From Candidatus Nomurabacteria bacterium (GTDB lineage Bacteria > Patescibacteriota > Minisyncoccia > Phycocordibacterales > UBA9973), in contig JAQBRC010000043.1 in assembly GCA_028286705.1 (NCBI GenBank), positions 1-38,226 of the forward strand: 38,226 nucleotides of DNA, written 5' to 3'. Shown piece by piece: positions 1 to 7,928 of this stretch. The notes under the pieces were generated by a model. The model did no database searches. It was not told the origin of the DNA and saw only the letters and a program-made list of their open reading frames with translations. How positions within the stretch are numbered: the stretch's first letter is position 1; each line of letters begins with the position of its first letter. A program made the translations under genes and the position numbers.

Positions 1-719
1 CCCCAGTCAAGTTCAGAAATGTGTACAAGTCCTTCAAGACCGTCTTCGATCTTAAGGAATACACCAAAGTCAACGATACCAGTTACTTCGCAGTCTAGTT
101 CGTCTCCAACATTGTACTTGCTCACCACTTCCTGACGCTCTTCCGGAGAACCGTCCTTTTCAGAGAAGATAAGCTTGCCGTCCTTAGGATTTGCAGAAAT
201 CATTGTAACTGCAAACGAGGTACCGATAAGCTTCTTAAGCTCTACAAGAATCTTGTCCTTGTCAGAGTCTTCTACGCGAGGATAGTGCTCAGGCTTAAGC
301 TGAGAGGCTGGAAGGAATCCAGACACACCCTGCCAGTCAATGATAAGTCCGCCTTTGTTGGCATCCTTGATAGTAAGGTTAAACATCGCCTTTGACTTGA
401 TAGCTTCTTCAGCTTCGTTCCAGATCAATGCCTGCTTAGCTTCCTTCAATGATAGTTCAACATAACCGTCTTCGTTTTCGATATCAACGACTTTCGCCTT
501 GATAACGTCACCGATGTTTGTCTTTCGGATCAGGTCACGAGCCGCGATGAATTCGCGACCGTAAATGATACCTGTACCGAACGGCTTAAGGTCAACGTAG
601 ATAGCAGCCTTATCAACTGCGATTACGGGACCTTCAACGATCTCATCCATCATTGCGCGGTGTGGTTCGTTGTTTACTACTTCTTCAGTAGCGATTACGT
701 TTGTTTCTTCTTCGTTCAT
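1..719 (-). CDS. rpsA: 30S ribosomal protein S1, 5' part (gene runs off the left edge of the window)
   Basis: Hand translation of the minus strand from ATG 719-717 stays open to base 1: MNEEETNVIATEEVVNNEPHRAMMDEIVEGPVIAVDKAAIYVDLKPFGTGIIYGREF...FNLTIKDANKGGLIIDWQGVSGFLPASQL...VGDELDCEVTGIVDFGVFLKIEDGLEGLVHISELDW. These are three consecutive S1/OB-type repeats. It is missing from the ORF track, which I attribute to its having no stop codon inside the window. Confidence 0.85.
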   Translation of the reverse strand, partial: MNEEETNVIATEEVVNNEPHRAMMDEIVEGPVIAVDKAAIYVDLKPFGTGIIYGREFIAARDLIRKTNIGDVIKAKVVDIENEDGYVELSLKEAKQALIWNEAEEAIKSKAMFNLTIKDANKGGLIIDWQGVSGFLPASQLKPEHYPRVEDSDKDKILVELKKLIGTSFAVTMISANPKDGKLIFSEKDGSPEERQEVVSKYNVGDELDCEVTGIVDFGVFLKIEDGLEGLVHISELDW

Positions 720-732
720 AAAATTAAAAAAT

Positions 733-762
733 GCCACCTCGAAGGTGGCTAAAAACCACCTT
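733..762 (-). promoter_or_regulatory. rpsA 5' leader: GC-rich hairpin plus U-run abutting the start codon, with a competing upstream hairpin
   Basis: RNA sense (minus strand): AAGGUGG(762-756) UUUUUA GCCACCU(749-743) UCG AGGUGGC(739-733) AUUUUUUAAUUUU AUG(719-717). The middle segment can pair with either flank. Confidence 0.4.
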
Positions 763-849
763 TCGGATTCCAACCTGACTGCCTCAAAGGCTTGGTCGGG
801 GAGGGGTTAGTCCAAAAGGGCTGTGATTAATACTCGGTTGAGTAATGGA

Positions 850-878
850 AAGATAGCATTAAAAATAAGGATTTGCAA
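850..878 (-). promoter_or_regulatory. candidate promoter for rpsA
   Basis: Minus strand reads TTGCAA (878-873), 17 nt spacer, TGC-TATCTT (-10 at 855-850). This would give a leader of about 120 nt. Confidence 0.3.
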
Positions 879-900
879 GGGAAATGGGAAGTAGGGTTCA

Positions 901-929
901 TTGACTTTTAAGTCAAAATGTGTTATTAT
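901..929 (+). promoter_or_regulatory. sigma70-type promoter for ORF 969..1415
   Basis: TTGACT (901-906), 17 nt, TATTAT (924-929) with TG at 921-922. The -35 lies inside the palindrome TTGACTT-tt-AAGTCAA (901-916). Confidence 0.5.
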
Positions 930-968
930 CTTAATTAAGAAATTTCATTTAAAAACTAAATATAAATC

Positions 969-1415
969 ATGGAAATAAAAGACTTATTGGCAAAAGCCAA
1001 AGAAAAGAAGAGCATGACTGCCGCAAACCTCTTTACCTGTCTTATTGTTATGGCCGCAGGGGCTGTCTTAGGCGGTATATTTTTGCGAAGCAATATCAGT
1101 CTACCTGTCTTTCATTCAAAAGATAATAATGATATTGCCACTACCATAATTGTGATGATTGTTACTGCTGCCATTATGATTAGCCCGTATGTTAGGAACA
1201 CTTGGGTGAAAGAAGCAATGGTTGAATATCTTGAGGGTCTGCAGGAAGACAGTGAAAAAGAAATTGTTGCTATCTCAAAGGAATTTTTTCTTGAAGTAGC
1301 TAAAGAGTCTGCTGAAGTCTCAGGTTATTTCTTGCAAAAGATTAAAAAGAGTGTTGAAAAACTGAATTTGATCGGAGCATCAATCGAAGAGCTTGAAAAA
1401 AAGAAAAAAGTATAG
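969..1415 (+). CDS. hypothetical membrane protein (2 predicted TM helices, acidic/lysine-rich C-terminal helix)
   Basis: 148-aa ORF with a promoter upstream and a strong terminator downstream. Hydrophobic segments are LFTCLIVMAAGAVLGGIFL and IATTIIVMIVTAAIMI. No recognisable family. Confidence 0.5.
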   Translation: MEIKDLLAKAKEKKSMTAANLFTCLIVMAAGAVLGGIFLRSNISLPVFHSKDNNDIATTIIVMIVTAAIMISPYVRNTWVKEAMVEYLEGLQEDSEKEIVAISKEFFLEVAKESAEVSGYFLQKIKKSVEKLNLIGASIEELEKKKKV

Positions 1416-1433
1416 TGCATTACTATACACTCG

Positions 1434-1468
1434 ATAGCCTTCTCTAATATAGAGAAGGCTATTTTTTT
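1434..1468 (+). terminator. rho-independent terminator
   Basis: ATAGCCTTCTCT-aatat-AGAGAAGGCTAT (12 bp stem, 1434-1462) followed by TTTTTTT. Confidence 0.8.
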
Positions 1469-1496
1469 ATTCTTCCATTTTTGGTATAGTATCCCC

Positions 1497-2135
1497 ATGG
1501 TTATCACATATTTCGGAAAGTCCTATTTTAAACTGACATTAGGAGATCTTACTATCGCTATCAATCCTCCCTCAAAGGAATCTAAGGCATTTGCCAAGAT
1601 TCCTCGCTTTGGTGCTGATATCGCTCTCGTTACGACTAATACTATAGACACCAACGGTCCTGAAACCGTTACCCTTGGCGACAAGGAACCTTTCGTACTA
1701 GACGGGCCAGGGAACTATGAAGTTCGCGAGCTACTTATTAACGGTGCACCAAGCACTGTCGTGCTAGACGGCAAGACATACAATAACACTGTGTATGGAT
1801 TTGAGCTTGATGGCATCAAGATTGCGTTCCTTGGATTGCTAACAGATGACAAGACTATGTCTGCGGATGCAAAGGAAATTGCATCAAATGCTGACATGAT
1901 CTTTGTGCCAGTTGGCAGCGACTCATTGGAGCTAACTGCAGCTAAGGCATACAAGACTGCAGTGTCATTTGATCCTAACGTAGTTATTCCTTATGAATAC
2001 AATGCTGCAAACCTCAGTCTCTTCTTGAAGGAAGGAGGTCAGGACAAGAACGAACCGCAGGATAAGGCAACGCTGAAGCGCCGTGATCTTGATGGAAAGG
2101 AAGGATATATCTTATTACTAGAGCCTCAAGGATAG
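1497..2135 (+). CDS. MBL-fold (UPF0173/YtkL-like) protein with a degenerate metal-binding motif
   Basis: The N-terminus MVITYFGKSYFKLTLGDLTIAINP...GADIALVTTNTIDTNG matches by eye the beta-lactamase-fold UPF0173 hydrolases (ITYxGHS...i.iDP...aDvvLlTHgHxDH). The HxHxDH position reads TTNTID. Confidence 0.5.
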   Translation: MVITYFGKSYFKLTLGDLTIAINPPSKESKAFAKIPRFGADIALVTTNTIDTNGPETVTLGDKEPFVLDGPGNYEVRELLINGAPSTVVLDGKTYNNTVYGFELDGIKIAFLGLLTDDKTMSADAKEIASNADMIFVPVGSDSLELTAAKAYKTAVSFDPNVVIPYEYNAANLSLFLKEGGQDKNEPQDKATLKRRDLDGKEGYILLLEPQG

Positions 2136-2140
2136 CATCT

Positions 2141-2344
2141 ATGAGATTCCTGCAGGGAAAACCATTACACGTTCGTACCCGCATTGCCACTATTGCAACT
2201 GGCTGTATTGCAGGAGTTCTTATCATTATTATGATTTATACCTACGCGCGTCCTGCTGCTCCAAAGCATGATCCAGAGGCTGCAATTACCTCTGCTTATG
2301 CAACACTTTTAGAAAAAATCCAATCGCTTTTTAGCTCAAAATAA
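2141..2344 (+). CDS. small hypothetical membrane protein (1 TM)
   Basis: 67-aa ORF starting 5 nt after the previous stop. TM segment is IATIATGCIAGVLIIIMIY. No family recognised. Confidence 0.35.
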   Translation: MRFLQGKPLHVRTRIATIATGCIAGVLIIIMIYTYARPAAPKHDPEAAITSAYATLLEKIQSLFSSK

Positions 2345-2363
2345 GCTATAATACCTACACTAT

Positions 2364-4823
2364 ATGGCTAAGAAAGAACCTGTAATTGAAGCTGTTCCAG
2401 CAGAACCACGTCAGAATGTCGTTGCGGTGAATATCGTGACAGAAATGCGCGAGTCATTTATTGACTATGCCATGTCTGTTATTACTGACCGTGCACTTCC
2501 TGACGTTCGTGACGGCTTGAAGCCCGTGCATCGACGTATTTTGTATTCGATGTATGAAAACGGCCTTACAGCAACTGCGAAGTATCGTAAGAGCGCGACT
2601 GTTGTCGGTGACGTGCTTGGTAAGTATCACCCGCACGGTGATTCATCTGTATATGATGCGATGGTTAACCTTGCTCAGGATTTCTCAATGCGCTATCCGC
2701 TTATTCAGGGGCAGGGTAACTTTGGTTCAATCGATGGCGATAATGCGGCTGCAATGCGTTATACCGAAGCTCGTATGTCTAAGATTGCATCTGAACTGCT
2801 TCGCGATATCGAAAAGGATACCGTGGACTTCCGTCCTAACTATGACTCGACCCGAAAGGAACCGTCAGTGCTTCCTTCAGCGGTACCAAACCTGCTATTG
2901 AACGGTACTTTGGGTATTGCCGTTGGTATGGCAACGAACATTCCTCCACACAACCTTGGAGAAATCATCGATGCCTGTTTGATGTTGATTGAAAAGGATG
3001 ACGCTACTAACGAAGACATTGCGGAAATCGTTAAGGGTCCTGACTTCCCAACAGGAGGACTAGCCTTTAACAAGGCTGACATTTTGCATGCCAGTGCAAC
3101 TGGCCGTGGAGGCGTTGTCTGTCGTGGTGAAGCGGAAATCATTGAAATGAAGAACGGTTCATACCAGATCATCATTACTTCACTCCCATATCGCGTGAAC
3201 AAGGCAACATTCGTTGAATCTATTGCAGCGCTCGTACAGGAAAAGAAACTTGAAGGAATTAAGGGGCTTGATGAGCTTTCAACTAAGGATATGCGCGTTG
3301 TTGTTACGCTTAAGAGCGGTGTAAACCCTCAGAAGGTATTGAACTTTTTATACAAGCACACTCAGCTCGAACAGAGCTTCCACTACAATATGGTGGCACT
3401 TGTTGATGGAACTCCACAGACGCTTTCAATGAAGTCTATTTTGACGTACTTCATTGCACACCGTGAAGTCGTTGTACGTCGCCGTACGGCTTATGACCTT
3501 GCGAAGGCAAAGGATCGTGAGCATATCTTGCTCGGTCTGAAGAAAGCGCTTGATCATATTGATCGTGTTATCACTATCATCCGCGAATCAAAGGATGCTG
3601 CATTGGCTAAGGTTAACCTGATCAAGGAATTCAAATTCTCTGATCTTCAGGCAACTGCTATTTTGGAAATGCGTTTGCAGAAGCTTGCTGGTCTTGAACG
3701 CAAGGCTGTTGAATTGGAATTGAAAGAAAAACAGACATTGATTGCTGAACTTGAAGCATTGCTTGCAAGCGCAAAGAAAATCTACAAGGTTATCGGAGAT
3801 GAGCTAGTTGAAATTCGTGACAAGTATTCGGACGAACGAAAGACAAAGATTGTTAATACTGGCAACAAGGCTATCTCAGATGAAGACTTAGTTCCTGAAA
3901 AGGATTCAGTCTTGGTATTTACTGCAGGGGGATACGTAAAGCGTACTGACCCTACAGAATACAAGATCCAGAAGCGTGGCGGTGTTGGAGTTATCGACCT
4001 TGAAACAAAGGAGGAAGATTTTGTAACAATTTTGTTAACAACAGATACGCACAGCGACTTGCTGTTCTTCACCAATCGCGGAAAGGCATACCAGATCAAG
4101 ATGTATGAGTTGCCAGAAGGCAAGCGTGCGACAAAGGGCAAGTCTATTATGAACTTCCTTTCATTGAGCGCTGATGAGCAGGTGACTTCTATTCTTGCTG
4201 TGCCTAAAAAGGCAAAGGCAGAAAAGGCATCTCTTATGCTTATCACCAAGCAGGGAACTGCCAAGAAGATCTCGTATGAGAGCTTTAAGGATGTTCGCCG
4301 CAGCGGTATTATCGCTATCCGTCTTGAAGAGAAGGATGAGCTTGAAGCAGTGCTTCGGGTACAGGAAGGCAGCAGCGTTATTCTTGCAACAGCGCTTGGT
4401 CAGTCTATTCGTTTCGAAGAGACAGACATTCGTGAGATGGGACGTACTGCCGGAGGCGTGCGTGCAATGAAGCTGGGCAAGGGTGACGTGATCATCGGTG
4501 CTGATGTCGTAGTGTCAGAAGACAATAACTTCTTCCTCGCAATGAGTGCTAACGGTATCGGCAAGAAAACTGCCATGAAGGAATACAAGATTCAGAAGCG
4601 CGGCGGTTCAGGTATCAAGACTACTAAGGTAACTGCGAAGACAGGAGCACTTATGGTAGGAAAGGTTGTGCAGAATGACATGGAACTTGTTGCAATGTCT
4701 AAGAAAGGACAGGTGATTCGTGTTGATTTGAACACTGTTCCATCAAGTGGGCGCCAAACTCAGGGCGTTACCATCATGAAGCTTCGTGCAGGCGACAGTC
4801 TGGCATCAGTCACTTGTCTCTAG
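2364..4823 (+). CDS. gyrA: DNA gyrase subunit A
   Basis: 819 aa. Motifs: [32 protein letters not shown], active-site [10 protein letters not shown], and C-terminal beta-pinwheel repeats (QKRGGVG / QKRGGSG). Confidence 0.97.
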   Translation: MAKKEPVIEAVPAEPRQNVVAVNIVTEMRESFIDYAMSVITDRALPDVRDGLKPVHRRILYSMYENGLTATAKYRKSATVVGDVLGKYHPHGDSSVYDAMVNLAQDFSMRYPLIQGQGNFGSIDGDNAAAMRYTEARMSKIASELLRDIEKDTVDFRPNYDSTRKEPSVLPSAVPNLLLNGTLGIAVGMATNIPPHNLGEIIDACLMLIEKDDATNEDIAEIVKGPDFPTGGLAFNKADILHASATGRGGVVCRGEAEIIEMKNGSYQIIITSLPYRVNKATFVESIAALVQEKKLEGIKGLDELSTKDMRVVVTLKSGVNPQKVLNFLYKHTQLEQSFHYNMVALVDGTPQTLSMKSILTYFIAHREVVVRRRTAYDLAKAKDREHILLGLKKALDHIDRVITIIRESKDAALAKVNLIKEFKFSDLQATAILEMRLQKLAGLERKAVELELKEKQTLIAELEALLASAKKIYKVIGDELVEIRDKYSDERKTKIVNTGNKAISDEDLVPEKDSVLVFTAGGYVKRTDPTEYKIQKRGGVGVIDLETKEEDFVTILLTTDTHSDLLFFTNRGKAYQIKMYELPEGKRATKGKSIMNFLSLSADEQVTSILAVPKKAKAEKASLMLITKQGTAKKISYESFKDVRRSGIIAIRLEEKDELEAVLRVQEGSSVILATALGQSIRFEETDIREMGRTAGGVRAMKLGKGDVIIGADVVVSEDNNFFLAMSANGIGKKTAMKEYKIQKRGGSGIKTTKVTAKTGALMVGKVVQNDMELVAMSKKGQVIRVDLNTVPSSGRQTQGVTIMKLRAGDSLASVTCL

Positions 4824-4833
4824 TGCAATATTG

Positions 4834-4860
4834 ATAGCTTGAAAAAAATTTTCAAGCTAT
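4834..4860 (+). terminator. AT-rich hairpin after gyrA (weak terminator candidate) overlapping the next -10 box
   Basis: ATAGCTTGAAAA-aaa-TTTTCAAGCTAT is a perfect 12 bp stem. There is no trailing T-run, and the 3' arm overlaps TATACT at 4858-4863. Confidence 0.35.
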
Positions 4861-4869
4861 ACTATGTGC

Positions 4870-5394
4870 ATGTTCATGGATCCTCTCGAAACGCTTGGGG
4901 CTGTACACCTTCAGTCAACCAATACCGTTGCTGACTTTGGTGCGGGAAGCGGTTTTGTTTCGTATGCCGCAGCAGGTCTTGTCCCCCAGGGGCAAGTATT
5001 TGCTATTGAAATAAAAAAAGATCAGGTTACGAGAATCACTCGTGATGCGGATGATCGCAAGCTAACTAATCTCCATGCATTATGGGGAGACATAGAAATT
5101 AATGAAGGCACTAAACTCGCTAATGAAAGCGTGGATGTTGTGCTGTGTTTCAATGTACTGTTTTTGCTTGATGACAAAGCCTCAATGCTCAAGGAAGCAT
5201 TTCGTGTGCTGAAGACCGGCGGCAAGATTGCTGTAGTTGATTGGACTGAATCATTTGGCGGTATGGGGCCACAGCCGCACCATGTGTTTAACCAAACAAT
5301 GGCAGAAACATTGTTGACTACCGTTGGGTTTAAGAAATTAGCAGATGCGCTGCCAGCCGGTGCACATCACTATGGTATACTTTTTGGTAAGTAA
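4870..5394 (+). CDS. class I SAM-dependent methyltransferase
   Basis: Motif I VADFGAGSGF, then DVVLCFNVLFLL and LKTGGKIAVVDW. The start is moved from 4864 to the in-frame ATG at 4870 because TATACT (4858-4863) lies 6 nt upstream of it. 4864 and 4876 remain possible. Confidence 0.8.
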   Translation: MFMDPLETLGAVHLQSTNTVADFGAGSGFVSYAAAGLVPQGQVFAIEIKKDQVTRITRDADDRKLTNLHALWGDIEINEGTKLANESVDVVLCFNVLFLLDDKASMLKEAFRVLKTGGKIAVVDWTESFGGMGPQPHHVFNQTMAETLLTTVGFKKLADALPAGAHHYGILFGK

Positions 5395-5400
5395 ACCTTT

Positions 5401-6690
5401 ATGAAATCATCATTTCAAACTATTCTCATCATCGTATTCATCGTCGGTTTCGTCATCGCAGTTGCGGTATTCTCTGGTATCTTTTCTTCATCATCAACAA
5501 CCACTTCCACTACACCAGCAGGTTCTGTGGTGGTGTGGGGAGTACTTCCTATGTCAGAAATGCAGAAGTATGTTGATAACTTTAATAGCGAGAACTACGG
5601 CTATACGCTCAACTATACCCAGCACAGTCCTGATACGTTTTATCAGGAACTGATTACTACCCTTGCTGACGGTCAATCTCCTGATTTGGTATTAATTAAC
5701 GCCGAGCAGTATCCGCAGTTAAGCAGCAAGCTGTACACAATTCCGTTTAGTGCATATACAGAGAGAACGTTTCGCGACACTAATATTGATGGCGCACAGC
5801 TATTTCTATCTGCGACTGGTGTAGGCGCATTGCCGCTGCTGGTTGACCCAATGGTTGTCTATTACAACAAGGACATCCTTGCGTCTAAGAACTTTCTTTC
5901 TCCGCCAAGTACATGGGACGATCTTCAAGCTACTATTCCTTTGCTCACGAAGCGTGACGCTCGTCAGCAAATCACACAAAGCGCAATTGCGATGGGGCAG
6001 ACGACAAATGTCTTGCACTTTAGAGACATTCTCTCAACCTTGTTCTTGCAGACGGGAAATACCATTGTTACCAACAAGCAGGTAACACTCAATCAGGGTA
6101 CAAGTGCAACGGAGGTTCCTCCAACTGTTGAAGCCCTTAATTTTTATACTAGCTTCTCAAACCCTACAACTAACAACTATACATGGAATGGTTCGCTCTC
6201 AGAGAGCTTACAGAATTTCTTGGCAGGGAAGAGCGCCTTCTACATCGGACGTGCTAGCGAACTCTTTACCATTCAGTCTCAGAATCCGAACTTGAACTTT
6301 GACGTTACCAAGATGTTCCAGAGTTCGGCAACAGGCCGTGCCGTTACCTACGGATCTTTCATTTCAGTTGGCATCATGGCAAAAGCCCCTAATCCTGTTG
6401 CCGCATATGCTGCAGCTAGCCAGATGGCTGCTAGTACCAGCATTGATGCATTGTCTAAGCAGTTCTCATTGCCCCCGGTGCGTCGTGACTTGCTGCAGAT
6501 CTCGCAGAGCAATCCGTACGTATCAGTATTTTTCCAGTCTGCTCTATCGGCATTTTCATGGCCCGATCCAAATCCTGCTAGTACCAAGGTTATCTTCCGT
6601 GATATGATTAACAACGTAAACAGCAACACTGCTGATACGCAAACAGCCATTTATGATGCAACACGCGACCTTCAAAGTACGATTAATTAG
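5401..6690 (+). CDS. extracellular solute-binding protein (ABC-type, family 1-like) with N-terminal TM anchor
   Basis: 429 aa. It has an N-terminal TM helix plus a Ser/Thr linker, then VVVWGVLP...QSPDLVLINAEQ...VYYNKDIL...TWDDL, which is typical of MalE-like SBPs. No permease or ATPase gene is adjacent. Confidence 0.65.
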   Translation: MKSSFQTILIIVFIVGFVIAVAVFSGIFSSSSTTTSTTPAGSVVVWGVLPMSEMQKYVDNFNSENYGYTLNYTQHSPDTFYQELITTLADGQSPDLVLINAEQYPQLSSKLYTIPFSAYTERTFRDTNIDGAQLFLSATGVGALPLLVDPMVVYYNKDILASKNFLSPPSTWDDLQATIPLLTKRDARQQITQSAIAMGQTTNVLHFRDILSTLFLQTGNTIVTNKQVTLNQGTSATEVPPTVEALNFYTSFSNPTTNNYTWNGSLSESLQNFLAGKSAFYIGRASELFTIQSQNPNLNFDVTKMFQSSATGRAVTYGSFISVGIMAKAPNPVAAYAAASQMAASTSIDALSKQFSLPPVRRDLLQISQSNPYVSVFFQSALSAFSWPDPNPASTKVIFRDMINNVNSNTADTQTAIYDATRDLQSTIN

Positions 6691-7471
6691 ATACTCCAGA
6701 GTACTTGCTATTGCGCTGTTTGTCGTCACCCTCGTACTGCCTTTGAACAGGGTGCATGCTGACTCTTTCGGTTGTACCGCCAGTCTGGTTGGGGTAGATA
6801 TTGCGCGGCTGACTATCGCGTCAAATACAGAGGCGTATCGCATGAGCGGGGTAACGGTATATCTTCTTCAGGGCAAGACTACCGGTGCCGCCTCTACTGA
6901 CCTTATAGACGCATACAATGTATTCGATACTCCGGATGGCAAGGCTGTAATTTACGCCTTTCAATCGCTGAAAGCCGCAACCCCATATCGTGTTGTAGTT
7001 CTTGATGCCAACCACAAGTACATTGAGGATATTACAAGCTGTGCTTTTACAACCCGCACAGATCAAGAAGCTGTACCTGCTACTACGACAACCACAAAGA
7101 CAGTTACTCCATCTACTACGACAACTACAACCCCTGCGGCTCCCGTAGTGTCCTCAACGGCATCAACTGGCTCAGGACTTATTCCGTGCGATGGTCCTGA
7201 CTGTAACTTAAATTCCGTTATGCAGCTGGCTAACAACTTGTTGTCATTTTTCTTTAAGACACTACTGTTACCGTTGTTTGTTATTATGGTTATCTATCTT
7301 GGCTACAGCTATATTGCTGCTCAGGGAAAGCCAGGCCAGCATGCGAAGTTGGGGAGCATGGCTAAGAAAATGGTATTGGGATTGTTGCTCATGCTCTGTG
7401 CGTGGGTCATTGTCCGAACACTTTTATTCGCCCTAGGGTATCATGACGACTTATTCTTCTTCGCAAATTAA
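6653..7471 (+). CDS. VirB2/TrbC-like pilin paralog 1 (signal peptide, beta-rich domain, Thr-rich linker, C-terminal TM hairpin)
   Basis: 272 aa. Signal peptide ends LPLNRVHA. The linker is TTTTTKTVTPSTTTTTTPAAP. A CDGPDC motif follows, and the C-terminal module is LLPLFVIMVIYLGYSYIAAQGKPGQHAKLGSMAKKMVLGLLLMLCAWVIV. It overlaps the upstream gene by 38 nt, and the only in-frame ATGs are 6653 and 6656. Confidence 0.6.
   Translation: MMQHATFKVRLIRYSRVLAIALFVVTLVLPLNRVHADSFGCTASLVGVDIARLTIASNTEAYRMSGVTVYLLQGKTTGAASTDLIDAYNVFDTPDGKAVIYAFQSLKAATPYRVVVLDANHKYIEDITSCAFTTRTDQEAVPATTTTTKTVTPSTTTTTTPAAPVVSSTASTGSGLIPCDGPDCNLNSVMQLANNLLSFFFKTLLLPLFVIMVIYLGYSYIAAQGKPGQHAKLGSMAKKMVLGLLLMLCAWVIVRTLLFALGYHDDLFFFAN
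7081..7130 (+). repeat. 17-nt direct repeat inside the Thr-rich linker of paralog 1
   Basis: tactacgacaaccacaa (7081-7097) and tactacgacaactacaa (7114-7130) differ at one base, with a period of 33 nt. Confidence 0.6.
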
Positions 7472-7474
7472 TAT

Positions 7475-7927
7475 ATGATGTACAGTATGAAAAAACTTTT
7501 TATGTTCGGATTTCTAGCAATGCTCGTGTTGTCACTAGGTACGGCTGCATATGCACAGGCTCCAGATCAGACATTCGGTGGGGTTAAAACAACCGCATCA
7601 CCAGATCAGACATTTGGGGGAGTTAAAACTACTCCTGCGACAAACCAGGGTCTCAACATTCAACTTCAAAACCCTCTTAGCGGCATTAGTACTATTCCAG
7701 AAGCAATTAATAAGATATTGAGTATCGTTATTCGCATCGCATTGCCGTTGATTATCCTTGCCTTTATTTGGGCAGGCTTGAAGTTCATTTTTGCTCGCGG
7801 AAAGCCAGACCAGTTGAAGGAGGCAAAGAATATGTTTCTGTATACCATCATAGGGACGCTGCTTATTCTGGGAGCATGGACCATTACCAGTGCCATTGTT
7901 GGAACAGTTAATAGTATAGTTAAATAG
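7475..7927 (+). CDS. VirB2/TrbC-like pilin paralog 2
   Basis: 150 aa. Signal peptide ends TAAYA. A duplicated 13-aa peptide follows, and the C-terminal module is ALPLIILAFIWAGLKFIFARGKPDQLKEAKNMFLYTIIGTLLILGAWTIT. Confidence 0.65.
   Translation: MMYSMKKLFMFGFLAMLVLSLGTAAYAQAPDQTFGGVKTTASPDQTFGGVKTTPATNQGLNIQLQNPLSGISTIPEAINKILSIVIRIALPLIILAFIWAGLKFIFARGKPDQLKEAKNMFLYTIIGTLLILGAWTITSAIVGTVNSIVK
7562..7639 (+). repeat. in-frame 39-nt tandem duplication (PDQTFGGVKTTAS / PDQTFGGVKTTPA)
   Basis: Copy 1 is 7562-7600 and copy 2 is 7601-7639. Across the shared PDQTFGGVKTT stretch the differences are all synonymous third-position changes (ttc/ttt, ggt/ggg, ggg/gga, aca/act, acc/act). Confidence 0.9.
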
Positions 7928-7928
7928 T

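Noticed and set aside
740-860. Possible SRP (4.5S) RNA or another known small RNA on the minus strand upstream of rpsA, because of GUCAGGUUGGAAUCCGAAAGG and a terminal hairpin with a U-run.
   Set aside because: The conserved domain IV features (GGAA tetraloop closed by a proper helix, AGCA/GGAAGCAGCC asymmetric loop) are not present, and no long hairpin forms. I treat it as a structured rpsA leader instead (see findings).
2454-4588. Six track ORFs inside gyrA, in other frames or antisense (2454..2636-, 2554..2901+, 2840..3202-, 3782..4264-, 4195..4470+, 4400..4588-). Similar nested ORFs lie inside clpB (e.g. 15908..16627-, 239 aa), infB (e.g. 13133..13561+, 13516..14037+), the lipase gene, the pif1-like gene and the pspC-domain gene (37188..37640+).
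   Set aside because: They lie entirely within high-confidence conserved genes. Their compositions are low-complexity and biased in ways typical of shadow frames (Ser/Arg/Leu-rich), and they have no promoter or terminator context of their own.
7562-7639. The tandem repeat as a possible CRISPR or minisatellite.
   Set aside because: There are only two copies. They are directly adjacent with no spacers, in frame inside a coding region, and conserved at the peptide level.
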